NCBI GenBank assembly: GCA_000934665.2
Contig: JYFJ02004038.1
Location: 1-35,402, forward strand
Direction of reading: 5' to 3'
Source: Catajapyx aquilonaris
Taxonomy: Eukaryota
DNA length: 35,402 nt
Shown here: one piece after another, positions 1-10,654 of the stretch
Layout of the letters: the number at the start of each line of letters is the position of its first letter
Position numbering within the stretch: position 1 is the first letter of the stretch
Program-made: the position numbers and the translations under genes
The notes under the pieces: model-generated
The model's database searches: none
What the model was told of the DNA's origin: nothing
The model's input: only the letters and a program-made list of their open reading frames with translations

Positions 1-116
1 TAGGTTTATTCTCATGAGTTTTATTAGTTCATATGTTGGGTTAGCTTGTGTCTCCCTTCATCGCTGACTACCCCTCATAGGGAAATGTCGTGATGTTGTT
101 GTTTGTTTGTTTGTTT
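1..116 (+). mobile_element. 3' end of a non-LTR retroelement with a (GTT)/(GTTT)n tail, cut by the window edge
   Basis: Positions 1-100 match 15561-15660 at 99 of 100 bases. Confidence 0.8.
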
Positions 117-195
117 GAAGATAAGCAAAAGAATATGTAGATAAACGGATGGTTTGGGTTCCCTTAGGTGCACTTGTATTCTGCATATGGTGTCA

Positions 196-426
196 CAGGG
201 GTCGAATCTTAAATTTTTTGTCCGCGCGCAAAGTTTGCACTCCAGACTTTCATCTGGAGTGCAGATTGCTGACTCGGAGTGCTTAATTTTTAATTACTGG
301 GTTTAGCGAAGTTAAAAAAGAGGACCAACTGGAGTGCAAACTTTGCACTCCATGGCTCACTTTGGAGTGCAAATCATAATTTTGGAGTGCAAATTGCACC
401 TTTGCATCCGAATATTTCGACCCCTG
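196..426. mobile_element. hAT-like MITE
   Basis: Termini CAGGGGTCGAA / TTCGACCCCTG, internal repeats of GGAGTGC(AAA), and imperfect ggtgtc flanking repeats. Confidence 0.6.
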
Positions 427-505
427 GTGTCTGAACTGCAGTTGAAGTGAGACAGAAGGGTGAAGACTTATCAATTTCTCTTAATGATGAGGTTTAAGAG
501 TTATA

Positions 506-919
506 CAGGGTGGACCAACTTCAAGTGTCGTTTTATAACGGCGATTAATAGCAGTGATTTTGCGATTACGTAGCAGCGACGTGTAAAATGTCCCACTTCG
601 GCGCCATTGAAAATATTAGCTGCCAATAGCAGCACATATGTAATCAACCCTGCTGCTGGGTTGACCTGGAAAAAAGTAGGTGCACACATGACCTGAGATG
701 CGCTTGGGTGAAATGCCTTCTTTGCCGACTGCCGGATTGGCATTGGTGCCGCATGTGGTTGCACTCCTTGCAGCAGGTTCAGTACATGTACGCTAATATT
801 GGCAGCTAATATTTTCGATGGCGCCGAAGTGGGACATTTTTCATGTCGCTGCTACGTCAATCGTAAAGCGCTTCTATTAATAGCCATTATAAAACGACAC
901 TTGAAGTTGGTCCACCCTG
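506..919. mobile_element. Tc1/mariner-type MITE with about 120-bp TIRs
   Basis: ta|CAGGGTGGACCAACTTCAAGTGTCG... (506-628) is inverted at 797-919. Explains the mirror-image ORFs 501-764 and 799-999. Confidence 0.85.
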
Positions 920-1051
920 TGTACATGGTGATGGCACCTGAAAGAAGTGGTGGGGGGTTGCATTTTTTCTGCAGTTTGATGGATTATGTCATTAAATAGT
1001 AAATATGGTGGTATGTGAAAAGTAAATGCCACATTGTGCTAATAATTGCAG

Positions 1052-1270
1052 ACATGGCCAATCGATGGAGGTATCAGTGCATATCCTAAACCAGAGAGTC
1101 GAGATTTGCTTTTGACTGGACATGAGGATGGAACAGTCAGGTTTTGGGATGCCTCCTCACTCACTCTGACTCCACTATACAAGTTCACCGCCTCGCAGCT
1201 CTTTACTGGTGATGAAATGAATGAATCTGGTGGATGTGGAGATGAAGAAGAATGGCCTCCTTTCAGGAAG
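1052..1270 (+). CDS. l(2)gl: Lgl internal exon A (phase 0-0): TWPIDGG...RDLLLTGHEDGTVRFWDAS...EEEWPPFRK, WD40 region
   Basis: ttgcag acceptor ends at 1051 and AAG|gtactg donor starts at 1271. WPIDGG and LLLTGHEDGTVRFWD are hallmark Lgl/tomosyn motifs. The gene continues upstream of the window. Confidence 0.95.
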
Positions 1271-1345
1271 GTACTGGCAGTTTATTGTAGAACTGAAAAC
1301 CAATCATTTGGAATGATAAGTCACAAAGGCAACACACTATTCCAG

Positions 1346-1498
1346 GTTGGCACATTCGACCCTTACTCAGATGATCCTCGCCTGGCAGTGAAGAAGATCC
1401 TCCTGTGTCCCCTCTCAGGGACTCTAGTCGTAGCTGGCACTGCTGGTCAGATACTCATTGCCAAAATCAATAAGGAAGAACTGGATAAGGAATTAAAG
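1346..1498 (+). CDS. l(2)gl: Lgl exon B: VGTFDPYSDDPRLAVKKILLCPLSGTLVVAGTAGQ...KELK
   Basis: tccag acceptor and AAG|gtaatt donor. Splicing to exon A restores the conserved WPPFRKVGxFDPYSDDPRL. Confidence 0.95.
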
Positions 1499-2129
1499 GT
1501 AATTTTTGCATGCAGAACTAAGAACTTATATCGTCATAATTGAAAATTTTCTAAGAAGTGATAGTGATGCAATGGAAGCTACACAAATATATTAAAATTT
1601 TACAAGTACAAGTCTAATACATGACATCAAATTAGTGACATGAATAATCACCTAGTTGGATTATGATAAAATGATAGTATCCAAACCCTACTCTGTTTGC
1701 TTTTGAACGAAGAGCTGGTTTCAAGATGAAATATCAAATTGGGGACTGCACTCCACATGTGAGCCTTGACATGCTTCTCATCTACACCTGCCTTTATTTT
1801 TTATCACCATTGAGTGGACGAACTATGAACAGATGGAATAATTGTGATTTGGATAGGATTTTTTGTCATACCCTCGAATCCAGATTGGGCCAATGATATT
1901 TTTTATGCTGACAGATACTGCCCTCAAAATGACCACCCTACGTTAAGTGCTCTTCAGGTTCACAGCAGGCCGTCATAGAAGTTTGTTATCTTTCTGAATC
2001 ACCCTGTATAATTTAGCAAAAACAATTGATAAAATGTTAATTTTTTTTACATGAAACCCTAGCCTATCACAATATATGTGCATGTGCCAAGTACCTGTGA
2101 ATTACAGAACATCCTTGCATTTTTTGCAG

Positions 2130-2394
2130 ATGACCACCCTGAACATTGTGTCAGATCGAGATGGGTTTGTGTGGAAGGGTCATGACCAACTCACCCTAAA
2201 GTCAGGCTCGACAAAGATGAGTCCTGGATTCCAGCCAACCTCCCTGTTGCAGCTACATCCACCGGCCGCAGTTACTGCACTAACGTTACATGCTGAATGG
2301 GGCTTGGTGGCTGCCGGGACTGCCCATGGCCTGGGCATGTTTGACTACATTCGTGAGAAAGGAGTGGTCACCAAATGCACTCTTAATCCCAATG
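2130..2394 (+). CDS. l(2)gl: Lgl exon C: MTTLNIVSDRDGFVWKGHDQL...LHPPAAVTALTLHAEWGLVAAGTAHGLGMFDY...CTLNPN
   Basis: ttttttgcag acceptor and G|gtaaac donor (phase 1). Contains the Lgl motifs F-x-WKGH, EWGLVA-x-GT-x-HG and CTL-x-P. Confidence 0.95.
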
Positions 2395-2645
2395 GTAAAC
2401 CAGGACAGTGTTATAGATGGCATGCTCCAAATTCTGATATTTGAAATTCTGTAGTGTGCTAAAAAGAGGGAGTGGGATCACTAGGTGATAATAGAGGAGC
2501 TGGTAGCTCGGATTGTTCCAGTGTAGTTATGGCTTAGGAAGATTAGCCTTTAAAATTTTTCTGCTTATCCCCTATCATCTCTGCTAGAGATAACTGCATG
2601 TCAACAACACCTAATGTTCAGTAGTGATCAGTTGATTGTTTGCAG

Positions 2646-2799
2646 ACCTCTCTGGTGCCGGGGATGTTCCAATTTCACGTCGGAAGTCATTCAAAAAGTC
2701 ATTGCGAGAGTCATTCCGTCGACTTCGTAAGGGTCGCTCCCAACACAATGTTGACAAGAGGGCACAGGCATCACCAACAAAAGAAGTGAAGAAAGACGG
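2646..2799 (+). CDS. l(2)gl: Lgl exon D with the aPKC-phosphorylated polybasic domain: DLSGAGDVPISRRKSFKKSLRESFRRLRKGRSQHNVDKRAQASPTKEVKKDG
   Basis: tttgcag acceptor and GG|gtgagt donor (phase 2). Not in the ORF track; translated by hand. Matches the known Lgl SRRKSFKKSLRESFR phospho-cluster, which distinguishes Lgl from tomosyn. Confidence 0.95.
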
Positions 2800-2869
2800 G
2801 TGAGTAATTCATTGTGTACTCTCTTTGTTCGTACTGAAATATCCTGTTCTATGTGGGTGAACCATTTAA

Positions 2870-3054
2870 CCCCTTAAATATGGATATTTGCTGACAATGT
2901 GGATTTATTTTTCTGCCTTTTCTGAGAATGTTGGCTCTTTAAAATCATTGATGGTTGCAGAGTAGTTGAGTGATTAAGACCAGCTTCCTGAGCAGCTCCT
3001 CAAGGAATATGCCTAATAAAAAATTAAGAGCGACATTTTGCATTATTTAAGGGG
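2870..3054. mobile_element. TTAA-flanked (piggyBac-like) MITE
   Basis: ttaa|CCCCTTAAATA ... TATTTAAGGGG|ttaa, 11-bp TIR. Confidence 0.65.
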
Positions 3055-3992
3055 TTAATTATTTGTGTTAAAGACCATTTTCCACTTGAGAAAAATAGGT
3101 GGTAAAACCACAGTATTCCAGTGAAAAAAATTCAATGAGAGTATTTGTAATTTTGTCATTGGCAAGCAGGTTTTTACCTATTTTGCTCCATTTGGAAGCC
3201 TAACAGGAGTGTGTTGTAGTAAGTTTAGATCAACTTGCACTTCTGTATCATAGTTATCCATTTTTTCTACAATCATGTGACACAAATATATGTGGTACGT
3301 AGCATCTGGATGAAGTTGAAAGTGGTAGTTTTGCTGTGTGCATTGTAGACTATGTTTTGGGAAATTTACCTTTTATTGTTGCACCATTTCTGTTGCACCT
3401 ATTTAGTTGGATGAGTTTCGGTTGTCCCTGTCTTTCGCATTAATGCTGACATCCAAAGTGTAGCCCTTGGGTAGTGTTGTTCAGTTGGTAGTCTCTGCAT
3501 ACAAAGAATGGCCAACTAGATCATATCTTCAGAACTAACAGATTGTGGGCCAGCAATAGTAGGGTTAAGGAAAAAACACTACGTTTGTGGACATGTTCTG
3601 GTTATATGTACAGGTTCTTACCTAAAAGAAGCATTATAGCATGCCATGGGAGAATAGGACCAAGCTGGATTGCATTGGAATTGCAGATTCATTCATTGTA
3701 GAGAAAGGGGATCAATGGAAAATAATTTTTGGAACATTATTTTGAAGCAGTACTAAGGTCATGAGGAAGATGTGTGCTTTAATTGAAGATACTTGGGATT
3801 TGTAGAAGTAAATCCTTTTTGGACAGAGTGAGCATTAGGCACAAAAGAAAATGCAAAGAACCAGGGGGGAGGGTGGCAGTGGAATATTATTCTTGCCTAC
3901 GTCATTTAGACAGGTTGTTTAAAAATTCAGCTCAGATCTGGATAGGTGAAATGCTTGCATACCCTTCAGACTCCAGTTGGCATGTTGTGCAA

Positions 3993-4377
3993 GGCCCCGG
4001 TCACACTAGACGGAAATTCCGTCGCCGAATGATTTTGCAAATTTTTTACACGCCGCATTTCCGTCAACCGTGCTGCCACCTTGCTGCCCTTTCAGCTACC
4101 AATCCCCTGGTTTCCATGCCAGAAAAGCCCCTTTTTCCGTCGGTAGTGTGGCCTTTCCCCAGCGGAATCAATGTATTGCAATGGGATTATTGTCCCCGAC
4201 CGAATCAGAGGCCAATTTTTTCCGTCATGTCTTCGGCTGGTGCTCGACGGAAGGATGGAAAATCCGTCGTGTGTGTCGCCTCCCAACCGAGTCCTGTTTA
4301 CTTCCATGTGTTGGATTTTTTTAGCGGAACCCGACGGAATTTCCGTCGGGGAAATTCCGTCTAGTGTGACTGGGGCC
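3993..4377. mobile_element. PIF/Harbinger-like MITE
   Basis: TIR GGCCCC(G/A)GTCACACTAGACGGAA, flanked by caa and taa. Internal GACGGAA/TTCCGTC repeats. Confidence 0.8.
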
Positions 4378-4851
4378 TAAGAGTTGCATATATTGAATAC
4401 AATATGCAAACAGACCTCCCATCTGTGTTGCCCAAAATGCCAAGTGGGAGGTATCAGGTTTCCATTACTGGGCTGACTTTTGGGATACATGATATATGGT
4501 ATGCATTGAAGTAGTTTGTGAAAAAGTTATGTGCCAACAAAATTTTGCAGATGATTCCAACTTGACAATATCACCTGGCAATACCCATTAAGGACCAGTT
4601 GTGTGTTCAAAGGTAATGCCAGAGCTATTGGCTGGTGTATGTCATTCATACTATGTTAGTCACATGATGTGTTTACTTTTGATCATTCAACCAGCCATAA
4701 ATATACTCTCAGCCAAATATTATAATGGCCACTTTCTTACATGAAACACCAGTGAAAGTGGTCACAATATTATTTGGTCGGTAGTACACTACTCTCACAC
4801 TGATGTCACATTAATTGTGGACTGCTCTCATGGTTGCAATCAGCCCCCAGA

Positions 4852-5793
4852 CACTCCCCCTATAATCAGTTCTTATCGCCTAATGGGGCGTTTTGCGGGA
4901 GGTGCTCACTTGAGAGCGCCTGTCTCTGATGTAAATACATGTGGCGACCCTACCGGACCATGCTGACCTTAGGTAGAAGGGAAGAGTTGGTCAAAATTAA
5001 GAATATCATACTAGCATCCTTGCATATCCTCGTATTAGATTCTTAATTTTGACCAATGATGAGAGCACCTTTCACTGATGCAAACACATGTGGCGACCCT
5101 ACCGGATCGCACTGAACTTAGGTAGAAGAGAAGAGTCTGTACACATACCGTATTACCTCTCATATTGCGGCTTGCCGGTGTAGGCGAGGTCGACCAGTTC
5201 TTAAAAATGCTTGATCTGGTGGATATACCGGCATGTCTGTCTAAGTGAGGTATGCCAGTATAAGGCGAGGTTTTCACATAAGTTACATTATCCTTTCTGA
5301 ACTTGACATTGCCTGAAAATCAAAATTCGCGTGAAGGCTATCGAAAAGGCACATTTTCCAAATAGGGTACCCGTACCATATATTGTTTTCAATGGCAGTG
5401 TTTGGCAATAATCTCTATTTAAACAGTATGTTAGAGCAGGGGGTTCCCCTGTCAAAGCAGGCTGACGATGGGATTGGTCATACACTTTACATTTTTTAAA
5501 TGCGCTGTGCAACAGAAGTGACATATTCTCACAGCCTGTACACTTGCCCATTTTCATTGTAATATTATTTTAGTAAGCTACCAGAAGCATTCCAAATTTT
5601 TTGGCAAGGATCAAAATTACGGAAATTTACCTCGGTTATTGCTACATGCCGGGTTATACCGGCATGCTGGTCGACCTCGTTTTATACCGGCGTGCCGCAA
5701 TATGAGAGGTAATACGGTATATTTACATCAGAGACAGGCGCTCTCAAGTGAGCACCTCCCACAAAACGACCCGTCAGGCGATAAGAGGGAGTG
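4852..5793. mobile_element. Non-autonomous TIR element (outer) hosting a nested MITE
   Basis: 4872-4937 (tcttatcgcc...gagagcgcctgtctctgatgtaaata) is inverted at 5720-5787. Termini CACTCCC/GGGAGTG. Internal direct repeat of about 50 bp at 4937-4987 and 5086-5136. Confidence 0.7.
5148..5717. mobile_element. TA-flanked MITE (pogo/Tigger-like CCGTATT ends) nested in the previous element
   Basis: ta|CCGTATTACCTCTCATATTGCGGC ... GCCGCAATATGAGAGGTAATACGG|ta. Confidence 0.85.
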
Positions 5794-7659
5794 ACCAGAC
5801 CTAAGTATTCTAAGGCCATGGTTGCAATTATCTGTTAAAATCTTTCTATGGTATTATAGTGGTTAGTCATCATTACGTGCACAGGAGCATGTTTCTGACT
5901 TTGCGAGTCACTGCTTACTTGCAGTAGAGGTTGTTATTACTGTAGCATTAGAATTTATACTTGGAGGATTGTTGTTAAACAAAAGGTGGTTCAGACTTTT
6001 CTACCTTCTCTAGTGAGGTTAATGTGTTAATCTGCATTCACAGAAGCTCCACAATTGCACACAATCATTGCATAACTTTAATGTAGGCAATGAACGTGCC
6101 AGTATGATAAGACTCTGTGATATATTCTTGTACACCTCATTTCTTGAATGCAGGTAGCTTGTGAAGGACCTCCTGGTAGAATTTAATATACTCTTCACTT
6201 TTCAAGTGATCAACTCTCAAGTGATGCTACGGTGGTTTCACGTAATGTTTAAAGTTTATGGCATGATGTCTTTTTGACATTGTACAAAGTTCTTGAACAG
6301 GAGACTAATTTCTTTCATATAGGCTGACCTTGTTATATGTCCACATTTTTATACTGTCACTACAATGCTGACAGTTGTTTTTTTATCTCCTCCAAAATAT
6401 TCACGTCAGTACATACAGTATCTGTGCTCAAATAATTTAACCAGTATTTAACCCAGATATGCCGGGAAAAGTTTTTGATGAATTTTTGAACTTTTTTTGT
6501 TTCTATTAGTTCGCATTAGTTCCCAAAACACAAAAATCAAGATTAAACATTTTTCTGAATGCTTGTTTGTGAGAAAATGGCAGTTCCCTATAATTATGGG
6601 ATGCTAGGAAAATGTAACCTAGTATGGCTATAACAGGTGTTGATTACATTACCATGGCATCCTTTATGAAATTAATTTGTGTTCTCTCCATACTGAGGAA
6701 GTCTTTTATGATGTATGATATGGTTATTTCTGGGTTCTTGTAGATGTGAATAGCCTGAATACAGAAGGTACGAACTCTATGGTGTAAAGAATGTTGCTTT
6801 GTACTGAAAATCATTTAAAATATTATCATTATCAGTCACTCTGAAGGTCACTTCTTTCATGTGGTAAGTGCCACAAGAAGTGTGACATGTTCATTTGTGT
6901 TCAATTCAGAGGATGATTATTGAAAATATTTGATAGTTGTTTCCTTGATCCATTTAGAATAGGATTGTGCAGGTAGTTATCCATGTGAATGGGGTTCTGG
7001 ACAAAATTTTGAGAACCTGTCTTAACAAATCAGCCGTGGCCTATGAAATGTTTTTGCACAGAAAGAATGTCCAAATTAGTTATCATTTTTCTGTGAGACA
7101 GGGTTGAAAATAATTGAGGGGGGGGGGGGGATTACATTTTAATCCCATTTCTGTGATGTCACAGTAAATAACTAACTGCTTCGAAAAATTTCTAGTTAGA
7201 GTAATGGTATTAAAGCTTCACACATTTGGGCTCTATTGCATACATTGCAAAACTGTATCACTCCCAAGCATTTTACTTGGAAGTTGGCATTCTTCATGCA
7301 CATTTTTCATCTTGGAGGTGTGCCTTTGTTATATTGGGCTATTCAAGAGAACTTAATTCTACTCCTATTGGGTTCAGATGTTACTGTACTGGAATGTATT
7401 GCGGCTTCTTTTTGTTAGATGACAGTACCATATTCTGATTCTTATAATAATGACTTACCTTGGGCAAACAGACAGACCTAGCTGATTAGTAATATAAGAT
7501 GAATGGGTAGATGCACTTGGAAGGTGCATCTTGAAATAAATTATTGGAGTATATTAGTTACACACATGGCCTCATTCAGTGCTGAGGTGCAGCTTTCAGC
7601 TGAGTACTAGCTCAGGAGAAAACTTGTTCTAGTCACACTAACATATCAAGGGACTTGAC

Positions 7660-8673
7660 AATTGAAGACATCACTTGCCACAGGCCCCAACTCCACTAGG
7701 CGAAATTTTTCAGGAGAGACTAAAAACTATGCATAATGGCTCAATTCAGAGTTTCGTGGTTTATGATGCTAAAATGGCTCCATTATACACACCTAGTGGC
7801 ACAGACATCATCTACTAGAAAGCAATAGGTCAAAGTCTATTGATGGTCAAAATCAGTGGATTTGGCCCCTTTGGAAACTGAACGCCCAAAACAATGGTTC
7901 CTGTTGCAAATTTCAGTGGTATAGTCATGCCTGTCCATCTGAACACATCATATTCGTGAAGTAGTACTACAAAGAAAGGTGTGACCAGTTTTATTTTCAT
8001 CCTATGTTAATTATTATTAACATCAATCAAAATCTATTTACGTCCAGTCAGTTGCCAAAGGGCCCAACTCCAGTAGTAGGTAATGGACTGCAAATCGTCA
8101 CATTCAATTTTAAGGCATTTGTGATTGACTTAGGATCTTCATCTTACCAGCCCTACCAACACACGTGACAATGGGGTGCCGATTTTGCCGACTAATCATA
8201 CCGAAATGGTGACTACATTAGATACCTTGGTGTCAACGCCTTTTAGGTGTCATTTGTGTAACTTATTTAATACACTAAATTTTCCAGTACCAGTGAGATG
8301 CCATAATAGTAATGAAAACTTGGCACCAATATTGGTGACAAAGTATAGGCACCGGTTAGGTACCAATCACTAACCAAAATCATCAGTACTTGTTATCTAT
8401 GAACATGTTGGTATTATTTCAGCACCAGTTAGACACCATGCCGACGAAATTCTGCAGTGTCATTGGCACCAGACATATCGGTATCCTATTGGCACTGGTA
8501 AAGTGGCAAATCCTCACCTTTTTGGTACCGCATATTTAAACATGGCACCATTTCGCCACCAAGTGTGTTTGTTGGGAGGGCTGTGAGGTCCGCCTCCAAG
8601 AGTAGGAATCTGCAGTAAAATGGTTTTTCAATATTTTGGGAGTTGGGCCCTTTGGCAAGTGACGTCTTCAATT
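7660..8673. mobile_element. Non-autonomous TIR element with AATT ends; possible nested element at 8151-8580
   Basis: aattgaagacatcacttgccacaggccccaactcc (7660-7694) is inverted at 8639-8673. A third copy of the subterminal motif lies at about 8052-8071. Confidence 0.6.
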
Positions 8674-9432
8674 TGAAATTAGCTAGATATTGAAACTGAC
8701 TTGTGAGTGCTATTGAATAAAGTTTGAGGTGCCATAGTTCTTTATAATTGAACAGTCTTAAGCCTTAGCATGTGTAACCTGGATAACTACCTGTCAGAAT
8801 TGTTGCACTTGGTTGCGTATTCCATAGTACGGGAACCAAGGCTGATTGCTTGATTAGGTAACTGTCTAGGCTGTACCTTCTAAGGGCCTCAGAAAGAATC
8901 CCCCGAAAATCGTGGTTGGGGTGTTCACACATGCCCTTCCTCCACCCGATTGTGATTACCAAGTTGACTCAGGGAATCAGCTTGTAGAAGTTGACTGCCA
9001 GATTTCCAGATTACCTGATGTCACTCCCCCTCCGGACCGGTTCTTAGCCGAGCCACATGGCAGCTCTCTGCTTAGCCCCTTCTGCCGCCTCGCACTGCGG
9101 GCAGCCAAGACCTGTCCAATAATGTAGATAACATGCCTCCATGCTATTTGAGTCAGACCTATTGTAGAGTCACCCATGGCTTTTGCTGTGAGCCGAAGCA
9201 AAAGTCATTTTTTCGCCAGGTGGGAGGGCGTGCTTTCAGTGCCATCTACTGAAAATCGTGAAAAGTACGTGGCTCGTGTGAACAGTCACCAAACTATCCT
9301 GATTTTGCCCGTCAGAATCGTGGTTGAAGATCGAGATTTTGTGGCACGTGTGAATGGCCCTAATATGCCTTTCCATCACCCTTATGTAAGTTAATTGTTA
9401 GCGTGGTATGAAGTGTTGATTCTGTTGTACAG

Positions 9433-9618
9433 TGAAGTTGAAGAGAAAAGGCTGGAAAAAGTGGAAGAGAATGTTGAAGACAAAGCTGAGGGTGCTGAGG
9501 AGAAAGTGCAGGAGAGTAGCGTAACTAATGTAGAAGGAGATGTCGCAAGAGCCGAAGAAGAGCACAAGGAAGAGCACAAGGAAGAAGAAGAAGAAAGCAA
9601 GGAGGTGGAAGATGAGGG
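9433..9618 (+). CDS. l(2)gl: Candidate Lgl cassette exon E, 62 codons, Glu-rich (EVEEKRLEKVEENVEDKAEG...EEHKEEHKEEEEESKEVEDEG)
   Basis: ttgtacag acceptor and GG|gtaaaa donor. 186 nt, phase 2-2, in frame with exons D and F. Purine-rich, coding-like island inside an AT-rich intron. Confidence 0.7.
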
Positions 9619-10211
9619 GTAAAAGCTTTTCAATAACTTGCCAAATGTTTTTGGTGGTTTTTTTCTATGGTATAGTAGTTGGTAATTCCTAGATAATTTT
9701 GCATGGCAGAAGGAAATTATGAGACATTATTATTATTATTGAAACTTTAAGGTGTTATTCTTCAGCATTTCATCTCTTCTGCGTTATTGGCCGTCCTCAT
9801 GTTGTATCTTGCTAATAGGCTTGTGTGTCGCAAGAATTTCCAAATGCATGTAGCCTCTCAGTAGTGTGTTTTATAGCCTCTTTTTCAGTAATTTGCTTAT
9901 TGTGGTAATTTATTTACATTTTTTGGGGGTCCCAGTGTTAATGACAAAAATTAACAGGGAGTGTTGGAGCATATTGAAGTCCTTACTGTTTGGTTAGGGC
10001 ATGGATGTTTTCTGAGTGTCTTGAGATTGCATTGCCAGGGTAACTTGTATTATCTTGGAAATGCATATTGGTGGTGACTTGTGCTAGTGACAGTTTTATG
10101 CATCATACTGATATCCCAGTGTAGTAATTTTCTACTGGTATTTTGCAGGTTACATTTTATAGGACAAACGGGGAAAAAAAAAATCAAGTTGCAATGGTAC
10201 AATTTTATATA

Positions 10212-10654
10212 CATTGTGAAGGGAAACTCGGGGACAATCGCCAGGTTGACTGATTGTACTCGCAAAACTAATATAGGGATGTGCAATTAGTGTTTGGCTC
10301 CATTGAGTAGTTAAATACGTATGGAGCCCTTAAAGTGTAGAGGGCCAGATGGTGGAATATGAGGCAACAACGACAAAGTGCATGGGTGTCGTACCCGGAT
10401 TCTTACTCTGATGGGATTTGATCCCCTTTTGCACAAGGACGATGTGTTAGGGGACCAAGGCAAGGGACCGGAGGCCCTCGAACTGACTTTTGCTTTTAAG
10501 AAGGTGGCGGAATGGATGTGACGTCACAAAACTTTGACAGCGCCGTACGCATTAACTATGCAACTGAGCCCAAAACTAATTGCACATCCCTATATTAGTT
10601 TTACGAGTGCTATCAGTCTACCTGGCGATTGGGCACGAGTTTCCCTTTACCCTG
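10212..10654. mobile_element. TA-flanked MITE with about 115-bp TIRs
   Basis: gggaaactcg...caatcgccagg...aaaactaatatagggatgtgcaattag is inverted at 10540-10654, ending accctg|ta. Confidence 0.8.

Noticed and set aside
228..410. Repeated GGAGTGCAAA units resembling a CRISPR array or binding-site cluster
   Set aside because: Units are about 10 bp, irregularly spaced, in both orientations and inside TIRs. They are subterminal TE repeats in a eukaryotic genome.
501..999. Two similar ORFs on opposite strands suggesting a gene pair
   Set aside because: They are translations of the two TIR arms of one MITE.
3783..4364. 193-aa ORF and overlapping short ORFs
   Set aside because: Non-ATG start, no recognisable domain, and mostly inside the GC-rich MITE at 3993-4377.
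8880..9363. GC-richer segment with gtgtgaatggccc|taa end just upstream of the acidic exon
   Set aside because: Probably a degenerate Harbinger-like MITE, but I could not identify a matching left TIR, so it is not called.
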